Below are positions 9,660-17,987 of a DNA stretch of 64,000 bases, in pieces. How positions within the stretch are numbered: the first letter of the stretch is position 1; each line of letters begins with the position of its first letter. Position numbers and translations under genes: made by a program. The notes beneath the pieces were generated by a model, which was not told the DNA's origin, made no database searches, and saw only the letters and a program-made list of their open reading frames with translations. Source of the DNA: Candidatus Spongiisociaceae bacterium. Its GTDB lineage: Bacteria > Actinomycetota > Acidimicrobiia > Spongiisociales > Spongiisociaceae. The stretch is from positions 2,464,001 to 2,528,000 of the forward strand of contig OZ241841.1 in NCBI GenBank assembly GCA_965202665.1, written 5' to 3'.

Positions 9660-9964
9660 TTTTGTTCTGGTTCTCCGTCGGGGTTGATGAGGCCGAGGTA
9701 TTCCATTACGGCGTCTAATTCGGCTTGTTGTTCCGGGGTGCGGGTCCAGCCTTGTTCTTCAAAGAATTTTTTGTTTTCGGCGAGGGCCTCGGCGACGCGT
9801 TGGGCTTTTTCTTCGGGGGTTTCGGTGTCTTCGTGTTGGAAGACGCTCAGGTCCAGGCCGAGTCGTTCGGCCCATTCTTCGCGGGTTTCATCCTCGTAGC
9901 CGTCTGGCGTATAGGAGATGACCCGATGGGTGCCTCCCGGGCTGGTCCAAACTTCAAATGCCAT
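9656..9964 (-). CDS. VapB-like antitoxin paralog A2 (N1-C2 type)
   Basis: 102 aa, aggagg RBS, ATGA overlap with vapC stub. Confidence 0.6.
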   Translation of the reverse strand: MAFEVWTSPGGTHRVISYTPDGYEDETREEWAERLGLDLSVFQHEDTETPEEKAQRVAEALAENKKFFEEQGWTRTPEQQAELDAVMEYLGLINPDGEPEQK

Positions 9965-9980
9965 AGCGAACCTCCTTGTT

Positions 9981-10268
9981 TCAGACGGAGAAGGTTTCTA
10001 GGTCGCAACCGAGGGAGGTCATTATTTCGGTGATGTCGGTTTCGTCGCTGGTGACGATTCTGTCCCCCTGTCCTAGGGCGCTGACCACCACTGAGATGTC
10101 TACCACATCGGATGATCCGGTTTTGTGACTGGCTGCGCCAACCTGTTTTGCCAGTGTTTCATCCAACGGTTCCACTTGGCATTGTTTCAATTCATGGAAG
10201 GTAACCATTCGGGGGTTGCGTCGTTCGGCGGCGATCAGGGCGCCCGCGTCGTAGGTGACGCCGGTCAT
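9981..10268 (-). pseudogene. PIN-domain toxin with in-frame 33-aa deletion
   Basis: 95 aa versus 128-aa intact copy; lacks WIVGNGIRPVVPAGVLAQVWRDGSGRQAPLAQI. Confidence 0.75.
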
Positions 10269-10573
10269 TCCTGCGTTACCTCGTCGTCGGGGACTCGATA
10301 GCCCAGGTGCTTAAAGAGGGCAACTAATTCCGCATGCTCCTCCGCGGAAAGGGTCAAGCCCTCCTCCTCTCTGAAAGCCTTCAGTTCGGCGACCGCCTCG
10401 GAGATGCGTTGGGCTTTTTCCTCTGGGGTTTCGGTGTCTTCGTGTTGGAAGACGCTCAGGTCCAGGCCGAGTCGTTCGGCCCATTCTTCGCGGGTTTCAT
10501 CTTCGTAGCCGTCTGGCGTATAGGAGATGACCCGATGGGTGCCTCCCGGGCTGGTCCAAACTTCAAATGCCAT
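10265..10573 (-). CDS. VapB-like antitoxin paralog A1 (N1-C1 type)
   Basis: 102 aa from ATG 10573 with aggagg RBS; ATGA overlap with deleted vapC. Confidence 0.6.
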   Translation of the reverse strand: MAFEVWTSPGGTHRVISYTPDGYEDETREEWAERLGLDLSVFQHEDTETPEEKAQRISEAVAELKAFREEEGLTLSAEEHAELVALFKHLGYRVPDDEVTQE

Positions 10574-10689
10574 GGCGAACCTCCTTTCGCGGTTAGGTAC
10601 AATATACCTGGTTTTGGAAATAATATGATCCACCTCTGACCAGGCATTTTACCGATTCAACGTTTGGGACGGCATCGGGCTTCGCTTTT

Positions 10690-11076
10690 TCAGATCGCGT
10701 AGATTTTCAGGTTGTGTCCAAGTGAGGCCATGATTTCCTTGATGTCGTCCTCATCGCTGGTCACTATTCTATCCCCGCGGCCTATGGCGCTGACGACTAC
10801 TGAGATGTCCACCACATCGTTTGATCCGGTTTTGTGACTGGCTGCTCCTACCTGTTTTGCCAGAGTTTCATCCAACGGTTCCACTTGGCATTGCTTCAAG
10901 ATCTGAGCAAGCGGCGCCTGGCGGCCGCTCCCATCTCTCCAGACTTGGGCGAGGACCCCGGCGGGCACCACCGGCCTGATCCCATTGCCAACGATCCATT
11001 CATGGAAGGTAACCATTCGGGGGTTGCGTCGTTCGGCGGCGATTAATGCGCCTGCGTCGTAGGTCACGCCGGTCAT
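10690..11076 (-). CDS. vapC: PIN-domain (VapC-like) toxin, only intact copy
   Basis: 'TYDAGALIAAER', 'VLAQVWR', 'DVVD', 'IVTSD..DI' acidic PIN motifs; 128 aa. Confidence 0.85.
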   Translation of the reverse strand: MTGVTYDAGALIAAERRNPRMVTFHEWIVGNGIRPVVPAGVLAQVWRDGSGRQAPLAQILKQCQVEPLDETLAKQVGAASHKTGSNDVVDISVVVSAIGRGDRIVTSDEDDIKEIMASLGHNLKIYAI

Positions 11077-11140
11077 TCTTGTTCTGGTTCTCCGTCGGGG
11101 TTGATGAGGCCGAGGTGTTCCAGCAAGGCGTCTAGTGCGG
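11073..11140 (-). pseudogene. 3' remnant of the antitoxin directly upstream of intact vapC
   Basis: Encodes ALDALLEHLGLINPDGEPEQE* (C2 module); N-terminal modules missing. Confidence 0.7.
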
Positions 11141-11262
11141 CGGAGGGTCGGCGGGGGTTGGTTGGTCGGGTTCGGTTCTAGTCATCGGGTTCGTCCTCCG
11201 TTTCTATCGTCCGGCGGCGGCGTAGGACGCCCATTCTGTGGCGTTATTATTCGTCCTCCGTT

Positions 11263-12501
11263 CTATCGGTCGGGCCAGCCCCAGTAAGCGGCGCCGGCGG
11301 CGTAGAGGGTGTCGTCGGCTTGTTGAAACAAGGCGGCGTATTCGTCGGTTCCGTAGGCGGCGGCGGCGGCGGCGAACTCCGCCGCCGCGGCGGCGAACCC
11401 GGCGGATAATTTCGCGAGGGCGGCGGCTTGGGCAAGGTCGCCGGGGTCGGCGTATTCAGCGGTGGCGGCGGCGTATTCAGCGGCGGCGCGGCGGGCGGCG
11501 GCGGCGTACTCCGCGGCGTATTCAGCCGCCGCGGCGGCGTACTCCGCGACGACGGCGGCTTCAGCGGCGGTGTGGTCATAATCATAATATGATGACCAAT
11601 ATTGTGGATGTCTCGCGGCGTCTTCCGTAGCCCATAAAGCATTGCTGGTGGCCACGTCGTATTGAACGACACCGCCGTAACTACCACTACCGGCCGGGCG
11701 GCGTGGGTTTATAGTGGAGTCGGTGGCGATGGTGTAGTAGGCGGTGAGGGCGGCGGCTCCGGCGGCGGCGTATTTAGTGGCTAAAGCGGCGAGTTCGTCG
11801 TGGGACGTGGCGTCGTGTCCGTGGTCGTTGTAGGCCAGGGGTTCAAAGACCGCCCATCTGGTGTGCATGTACAGGTAGCTACCTTCGCAGAAACCTCTTA
11901 AGGCGGCGTATCCCGCGAAGGCGGGGTCGGTGGAGTAGTCGGCGGGGTCGGTGGAGTAGTCAGCGGATGTCAAGGGGCGGCGGCCGTCGTAGTAGGTGAA
12001 CCAGCCAGCGGCGTAGAGTTCGCCGCAGGCGGCGGAGTAGGCGGCGGTGGCGAGCCGGTAGGCAACTGCCGCCGCCGTTTTTTGTTTAGGGTAGTGGTCG
12101 GCGGCGCGGGTAGCCCATTCGGCTCCGCGGGCGGTGTAGTAGATGACGGATTCCCTTGTCGTGGTCGGGGTCGCCGGGCGGGTAGTAGTCGGGGCGGTCG
12201 GGGCGGGTTGTAGTCCGTCTATTCCGTAGCGGAGGAAATGGGCTACATCCGCCCGCGTCCAAGAATCGTATCGGTCGTACAGGCGGCGGATTACTATCCG
12301 GAATTCGTTTTCTGATAGTTCCCGGTCGGGTTTAAACGACCCGTCCGGGTATCCCCGGAATAGCCCCTCCGCCACCGCCCAGCGGATAGAATCCGCCCGT
12401 TCGTGGTCGTCCGGTACATCGGGAAATCGTATCTGGGCGATTACCGGAACGGCTAGGGCTATCAGAGCGACCGCTACGCCCAGGCGTTTTACGAGTTTCA
12501 T
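11263..12501 (-). CDS. Secreted SLH-domain protein with Ala/Tyr-rich C-terminal repeats
   Basis: Signal peptide MKLVKRLGVAVALIALAVPVIA; SLH motif 'FPDVP...GLFRGYPDGSFKPD'; Pro/Thr linker; AAAEYAA repeats. Confidence 0.75.
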   Translation of the reverse strand: MKLVKRLGVAVALIALAVPVIAQIRFPDVPDDHERADSIRWAVAEGLFRGYPDGSFKPDRELSENEFRIVIRRLYDRYDSWTRADVAHFLRYGIDGLQPAPTAPTTTRPATPTTTRESVIYYTARGAEWATRAADHYPKQKTAAAVAYRLATAAYSAACGELYAAGWFTYYDGRRPLTSADYSTDPADYSTDPAFAGYAALRGFCEGSYLYMHTRWAVFEPLAYNDHGHDATSHDELAALATKYAAAGAAALTAYYTIATDSTINPRRPAGSGSYGGVVQYDVATSNALWATEDAARHPQYWSSYYDYDHTAAEAAVVAEYAAAAAEYAAEYAAAARRAAAEYAAATAEYADPGDLAQAAALAKLSAGFAAAAAEFAAAAAAYGTDEYAALFQQADDTLYAAGAAYWGWPDR

Positions 12502-12744
12502 TCCGTACCTTTCATCCGCCCGCTGGGGTTCTAGTCGTAAGGATATTAGCCAATAGTCGGCGACCACCCGCCGTCATCGCCGCGCCGTCTGTTCGGCGGG
12601 TAAAACCCTCCGGGTCGGGCTAACCGGCGGGGCGGCGGGGGTTCGTTCCCCGAATCGGCGTGCCAATATAACCGGCTTTTGGAAATACTTGAACAAGCCC
12701 CTGACCAGGCATTTTGCCAATCCGCACCCAGATTGTTGCGCGGG

Positions 12745-13698
12745 TTAAGCGTTGACTATTACTACGTCCGCCAGCTGGTCGTGGACGGCGCGGTCGTTTT
12801 GGTTGACAAACGGGGACAGGATGTATACCAGCGCTACAAACGACAGCAACACCCAGAAGGAGGTTACGATGGCGAAAATTATCAGGCATGCGCCGAAGAC
12901 CTGCGCCGCCCGGGTCAGCCCCCCGGGACGGCGGCCCCGCCTTTTCAGGAAGAAGCGCAACGCCGAAGCGACCAGCAAAATCATGATTCCCCATGACAGC
13001 AGATCGCCGGTGGGGGTGACGGCCAGCAGGCCGGGCAAAGCCAAAGACATCCGCGCTCCCGCCTCCCACCATCCCGGGCTCCCGCCGTCCGCCCCCACTA
13101 CTTTGACGCGGGCGGCCATCATTCCCAAAGTCCGGCCCCGCAGTCCCACCAGGAACGTCTCATAAGCGAATCCGATCAGGACGGCCCAGAAAAACGTCCT
13201 TCCGGCCGTGTCCGCGTCCGCCCCCAGCGCCCGGGCGGCCAGCACCGCGGCGCCTACGATTGCCAGATCGATCAAACGGGCGGCCAGTTGCCGGACGGGG
13301 GAAGCGAAAGAACCCCTTCGCGGAGGGTCGTCCCTCCGGTCGCCGCCGGACTCCCGGCCCGCATCCGACTTTGGTTGGGAGAAAGGTTGGCCGGACCCGG
13401 TGGGGTAGTCGGCGCCGGTGAAAGCCGAGCCTTCGTTGCGGGCGTAAGAGGACTGGCCGGTCGCCGCCGCGGAACGCATGCGGTCGTATTCCCGCCGTTG
13501 TTCGGGGTCGGACAGCACCGAATAGGCTTCGTTGACTTTTTTGAAACGTTCGCCCGCCCGGTTCCCGGAGCCGGGGTTGGCGTCCGGGTGGTGCTTTTTG
13601 CTCAGCCTCCGGAAAGCGGCTTTGATTTCCTCCGGGGAGGCGTCCGGGCCTACCCGCAGCGTCTGGTAAAAGTCGGCGGCCGCTGGGCGGGTCCTCAC
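12745..13698 (-). CDS. J-domain + RDD-family membrane protein
   Basis: N-terminal J domain (HHPD); 'ASPVRQLAARLID', 'GRTLG', 'HDQLADVVIV' RDD motifs. Confidence 0.8.
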   Translation of the reverse strand: MRTRPAAADFYQTLRVGPDASPEEIKAAFRRLSKKHHPDANPGSGNRAGERFKKVNEAYSVLSDPEQRREYDRMRSAAATGQSSYARNEGSAFTGADYPTGSGQPFSQPKSDAGRESGGDRRDDPPRRGSFASPVRQLAARLIDLAIVGAAVLAARALGADADTAGRTFFWAVLIGFAYETFLVGLRGRTLGMMAARVKVVGADGGSPGWWEAGARMSLALPGLLAVTPTGDLLSWGIMILLVASALRFFLKRRGRRPGGLTRAAQVFGACLIIFAIVTSFWVLLSFVALVYILSPFVNQNDRAVHDQLADVVIVNA

Positions 13699-13700
13699 GG

Positions 13701-14687
13701 CTACTTCCCCAAAGTTCCGTCCAGCGCCGAGTTGAGGAAACGGTGCATGCGGGCGCGGGCGGAGGCGGCGTATTCATGGTCGAACAGGTCGAAACCGTGC
13801 ACCGCCCCCGGCCAAAAGTCCAGTTGGCGGGGTATTCCGGCCGCTTTCCATCGGGCGTCCATGAACAGGGTGTCGTCAAGCAGGGGGTCCGCGTCCCCCA
13901 CCGTGAACATGGCGGGCGGCATTCCGGCCAGGTCGGCCAGCAAAGGGGACGCATCCGGGTCGTCCCGCCGATTTGAATCCGCGAACTGGTCGATGAACCA
14001 GGAGGTGATGGGCGTGTTGAGGATCAGGGGGCGGTCGCCGAAGCGGCGCATGGAAGGTGAGCCGCGCAGATCGTACACCCCGTAGGTAAGCAGGGCCGCC
14101 CGGAAGGGGGCCAGGCCGTGCCGGTCCCGCAACCGCAGGCAGGTGGCCGCCGACAGGTGGGCCCCCGCCGACTCCCCCCCGATGGCCGCCAGTTCCCCTC
14201 CCAGATGTTGCGGGGCGTGGCGGGCCAGCCACAGGGCGGCCCGTTCGCAGTCGTCCGGGCCCGCCGGGTAGGGATGTTCGGGGGCCAGCCGGTAATGGAC
14301 GGAGGCCACCGTCAGCCCGGCGGAGTCCGCCAGGTCCTCCAGCAACGGGTCCTGATGGTGGGGGGCTCCCAGCGTCCAACCGCCCCCGTGGATGTGCATG
14401 AACACCCCCCTGGTTTCGCCCGCCGGTTTGATGACCCGCATTCGCACCGGCCCGTCCGGGGCGGGAAAGGCCATGTCCGCCGCCCGTTCGCTGAAAGTCA
14501 GCGGTCCCAGCAACGACCGCCCCTCCTCCCGGGCGCGGCGGGCCTCTTCCGCCCCCGCCTCCCAGATGGGCGGCAGTTCGCGGCAGTTTCTCTCCATTTG
14601 TTCGTTGAAAGCCAGCACCGAGGCGGGGGCCCGGGCCGGAATTTCGTTTATCACCCCAGGCCCGCCCCGGTTTCCTCCCGCAACCAT
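13701..14687 (-). CDS. Alpha/beta hydrolase (HSL-family esterase)
   Basis: HGGGW, GESAG, DPLLD, HGF motifs. Confidence 0.9.
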   Translation of the reverse strand: MVAGGNRGGPGVINEIPARAPASVLAFNEQMERNCRELPPIWEAGAEEARRAREEGRSLLGPLTFSERAADMAFPAPDGPVRMRVIKPAGETRGVFMHIHGGGWTLGAPHHQDPLLEDLADSAGLTVASVHYRLAPEHPYPAGPDDCERAALWLARHAPQHLGGELAAIGGESAGAHLSAATCLRLRDRHGLAPFRAALLTYGVYDLRGSPSMRRFGDRPLILNTPITSWFIDQFADSNRRDDPDASPLLADLAGMPPAMFTVGDADPLLDDTLFMDARWKAAGIPRQLDFWPGAVHGFDLFDHEYAASARARMHRFLNSALDGTLGK

Positions 14688-15784
14688 TTCACAACCTCGA
14701 TCAGGGCGTCTTCTTCACTCATCCCGGCGTCCAAAGCCCGCTGGTAGGTGGCCATTTGCCGTTGGGCGGAGGTGCCCCGGCGCAGGATGGAGCGCACATG
14801 CTCCACTTCTTCCACGCAGTCCAAGGCTTCGGCGTCGGGGCGCACCATTTCCAGGATTTCCTCCACCAGGTCGGGGAAGTCCACCAGGGTTTCCTTGCCC
14901 AAATCCAGCAGTTTGTCCTCCGTCCCGTATCGTTGCGCCCGCCACACGTTTTCCTCGATCAGGAAATGCTCGTAGAGCCGCCAACTTTTGTTTTCCACCC
15001 GCAACCGCCACAGCATTCGCATCAAAGTCACGTAGAGGGCGGCCAGGCACAGGGTGTCCTCCAAGCTGGTGGGCAGGTCGGGGATGCGCAGTTCCACCGT
15101 CGGGTAGCGCACCGACGGGCGGGCGTGCCACCAGATTTTGGAGGCGTCTTCGATGATTCCGGCGTCCACCAGCACGTCCACATGGCTTTGGTATTCGTTC
15201 CAGGAGGCGAAGTAGGAGGGGAGGCCGGTGCGGGGGGCGGCGTGGAACACGGAGATGCGGTAGCTGTGCAGGCCGGTGTTGGCCCCCTCCCAGAACGGGG
15301 AAGAGGAGGACAGGGCCAGCAGATGGGGCAGGAAATAGGAGATTTGGTTGAGCAGGTCGATGCGCAGATCCCGGTCCTCCACCCCCACGTGCACGTGCAT
15401 CCCGCAGATGAGCAGTCGGTGCATTACCGTCTGGAAATCGGCGGCCAGTTCCTGGTAGCGCTCGCCGAGGGTAACCTGTTGCTCCTGCCAGCGGGCGAAA
15501 GGATGGGTGGAGGCGGCGGTCACCCCCATCCCGTGCCGGTCGGCCAGGTCGATCACCACTTTGCGCACCTGCGACAGGTCTTGGCGCAAATCGGCGATGT
15601 TGGCGCAGACGCGGCTGCCGATTTCCAGTTGCGCCTGCAGAAACTCGGGCCGGGCCCGCCCCTCCAAGGCCTCCGCCGCCTCTTTCAGCAGGTGGGCGGT
15701 GTCGCCCTGGATAAGCTGGTGGGTGCTCTGATCGACGAGAAGGTATTCCTCCTCAACGCCGATCGTCCAATCTGGTTCTTTCAT
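14651..15784 (-). CDS. ybdK: Carboxylate-amine ligase (YbdK/GCS2 family)
   Basis: 'TIGVEEEYLLVD', 'CGMHVHVG', 'SSPFWEG', 'PTVELR'. Confidence 0.9.
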   Translation of the reverse strand: MKEPDWTIGVEEEYLLVDQSTHQLIQGDTAHLLKEAAEALEGRARPEFLQAQLEIGSRVCANIADLRQDLSQVRKVVIDLADRHGMGVTAASTHPFARWQEQQVTLGERYQELAADFQTVMHRLLICGMHVHVGVEDRDLRIDLLNQISYFLPHLLALSSSSPFWEGANTGLHSYRISVFHAAPRTGLPSYFASWNEYQSHVDVLVDAGIIEDASKIWWHARPSVRYPTVELRIPDLPTSLEDTLCLAALYVTLMRMLWRLRVENKSWRLYEHFLIEENVWRAQRYGTEDKLLDLGKETLVDFPDLVEEILEMVRPDAEALDCVEEVEHVRSILRRGTSAQRQMATYQRALDAGMSEEDALIEVVKWLREETGAGLG

Positions 15785-15860
15785 ACCCCCAGTGTAGCAG
15801 ATGGTTGCGACAGAGGGTTATCGTCTATTCGCATGAGAGAGTTAGGGACAGCAAAACAGA

Positions 15861-16178
15861 TTACCGTTTCAGTTGTTTGTATTCGTTGATTAGCGCGTGG
15901 AGCGTTTTCTCTGTCGAAACAACAATCCAAAACTTCGGCCCATCCTCGCTTTGTTGCTTGGTTACCCTTTTGGCAACGCGAGAAGGGGTTTTGAATATTT
16001 CGTCATCTTGCGACACGTCATTTATCCAGGTTCCGTCTTCATTTTTACCATACCGCAATAGTTTGATATGACCTTGCTCATTAACTATAGCTTCTGCTGA
16101 TGCAGGTCCCGGCGTCTTTCGTGATGACCTAAGCAGGTCCCCGACATGCAACAACTCGGCACTGATGAGATCATGCAA
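15861..16178 (-). CDS. RAMA-like domain; separated C-terminal half of a duplicated GIY-YIG-RAMA gene
   Basis: Paralogous to C-terminus of 16998..17924; out of frame with upstream GIY-YIG half. Confidence 0.6.
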   Translation of the reverse strand: MHDLISAELLHVGDLLRSSRKTPGPASAEAIVNEQGHIKLLRYGKNEDGTWINDVSQDDEIFKTPSRVAKRVTKQQSEDGPKFWIVVSTEKTLHALINEYKQLKR

Positions 16179-16189
16179 CTTTACACGTT

Positions 16190-16789
16190 TTATTGTATTT
16201 TAGGTTGCTTGGATAAAACATCCTTAGGTTTTTGGACGTCGATCCTTTGTTTTGGTTTTTTATCCAGATCTACGCCCAGGATAGAAAGAAGGGAGAAAAT
16301 GTTTGCGGCATGGTGTCTGTATTTGTCCCATACGTCCATGTATACCTCTGGTCGTCCCGTGGGTCGGGCCGAATTGGCCAGGTTTATGCCAGAGAGGGAT
16401 GACAATTTCTCCCATAGCACATGTTCCATCACGGCCGCCTCTTTTTGCGGTAGGGAAGATTTACTCTCGTCACCGGTGAAGCACACGGCGATATGCCATT
16501 CAGAAATCGCATCCTTGGGGTTTTGGTAATGATTTTTGAGTCGCTGGCCGAGGCCATCTTTGGCTTCAGCGGATTTACCCACATAAATGGTCTGCAACCC
16601 GATATCGTTTGGAACTATATCAACCAGTAGGTAGGTGCCCGGTGTTTCCAAGACACGAGTTTTGGTGAGGTCGGACCCTGTTTGCAGGGCGTGTCGCCAC
16701 ACAACTACCAGGCGGGGCCGCGGTTCCTCGTCGGTACCGATTGAGACGACGCCTCTTTTGACGAAGGCGAAAATAAATTCTTTCGACAA
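16190..16789 (-). CDS. GIY-YIG-like nuclease domain (N-terminal half of split copy)
   Basis: 'GTYLL...IYVGKS...QRLKNH...W..AVCF...E' pattern. Confidence 0.65.
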   Translation of the reverse strand: MSKEFIFAFVKRGVVSIGTDEEPRPRLVVVWRHALQTGSDLTKTRVLETPGTYLLVDIVPNDIGLQTIYVGKSAEAKDGLGQRLKNHYQNPKDAISEWHIAVCFTGDESKSSLPQKEAAVMEHVLWEKLSSLSGINLANSARPTGRPEVYMDVWDKYRHHAANIFSLLSILGVDLDKKPKQRIDVQKPKDVLSKQPKIQ

Positions 16790-16997
16790 GGGAGTTCCCT
16801 TCTGTTGCTTGTCCTATACTCTTTCCAGAATATGGAGGCAGTATAGCATAGCCGAGTGGTGGCGTCGTTTATTTGTTTAGATGGACAAATCGGATTCAGC
16901 GCCTCCGCTGATCCCGCTTTACGGACTCTTCGGATTTGAGGGGCGGGTCTTGGTGCAAATTGGCGATGTTCGCATAGACGCGGTTGCGACAAACGGG

Positions 16998-17924
16998 CTA
17001 CCGGCCGGAACGCAAGTTGAGCCGCTGGTAGTCGTCGCCTATATCGGCCAGGGTTTTGCCGGACGATGCGACTACCCAAAAAGTCCAGCCATTGGGATCG
17101 CTCTTGCCGCCTGCATCTCTTATTACTTTACCGCCTGCACCGGATGGCGAATCATAAACAAGCCTCTGTTTGGAGACATCGTTTAACCATCGCCCTTCAT
17201 CATCTTTGGCATATCTAAGTAGCATTATATTTCCTTGTATATCGTTAATTTTTGCTTCAGCTTGTTGCGCCCGATTCTTGCGGGATGACTCCAGAACCTC
17301 CCCTACTTGCAACAGTCCGGCAACGAGCAGATCTGAAACTGTTTCTTCACGTCGCTTGGGACTCTTACTCTTTTGTTCGGGAGGGGGATCGCTGGGCCGT
17401 TTTGGAATTTGGGTTGTCTTATCCAGCAACACTCCTAATGCTCCCAGCAAAGAGACGACCGTTTGCTGGTGCGCTTTCAGATTCTCCCATTTGGTATTGG
17501 GGAGGCTGGGTTCGATGGGAGTTTGTTGGTTGGCGAGGGAAATGCCGGGGCGGGCGGTCAAGTTCTCGTACAGCAAATATTCCAGAGCACGGGATTCCAC
17601 CTGTCCCAACGTGCTGTTTCTATCATCTCCGGTGAAACAAACAGCTATTAGCCATTCTGAAATATTGGCAAGAGGCGTAATACAGTGCTGATGGATTCTT
17701 TGGTTGATGAGAGTTTCCGCCGACCTGCCCACATATAGCGACTGTTTGCCGTCTTTCCCCGGAATCAGATCCGCCAGAACATAGACTCCCGACTTGTCCG
17801 GAAAATCCGGTTTGGGTTCTAAGGCGTGCCGCCACAGCAGGGTGATGTGCGGTTCGGGTTTTTCACCGGTCCTGACCGAGACGATGCCTCTTTTGAGAGG
17901 GGTGAAAATAAATCTTGAGGACAA
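16998..17924 (-). CDS. GIY-YIG nuclease fused to RAMA-like domain
   Basis: 'SGVYVL...LYVGRS...QRIHQH...LE' plus 'VSDLLVAGLLQVG...YDSPSGAG...NGWTFW...KTLADI'. Confidence 0.7.
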   Translation of the reverse strand: MSSRFIFTPLKRGIVSVRTGEKPEPHITLLWRHALEPKPDFPDKSGVYVLADLIPGKDGKQSLYVGRSAETLINQRIHQHCITPLANISEWLIAVCFTGDDRNSTLGQVESRALEYLLYENLTARPGISLANQQTPIEPSLPNTKWENLKAHQQTVVSLLGALGVLLDKTTQIPKRPSDPPPEQKSKSPKRREETVSDLLVAGLLQVGEVLESSRKNRAQQAEAKINDIQGNIMLLRYAKDDEGRWLNDVSKQRLVYDSPSGAGGKVIRDAGGKSDPNGWTFWVVASSGKTLADIGDDYQRLNLRSGR

Positions 17925-17987
17925 GGGCGGCTCCCTTCTGCGGCTTTCCAGAATTTAGGAAAGCGTAGCAGGGGGGTGTGACGGGTT

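Larger units (their letters stand above)
7407..11140 (-). repeat. Tandem array of degenerate [promoter-antitoxin-PIN toxin] units (8 antitoxin-like copies, 1 intact toxin)
   Basis: Near-identical segment encoding ETREEWAERLGLDLSVFQHED recurs six times; vapC start (ATGACCGGC..) remnants follow most copies. Confidence 0.9.

Noticed and set aside
7407-11140. CRISPR array or diversity-generating retroelement as explanation of the repeats
   Set aside because: Repeats are gene-length coding units without unique spacers; no cas or reverse transcriptase gene, and differences are not adenine-specific
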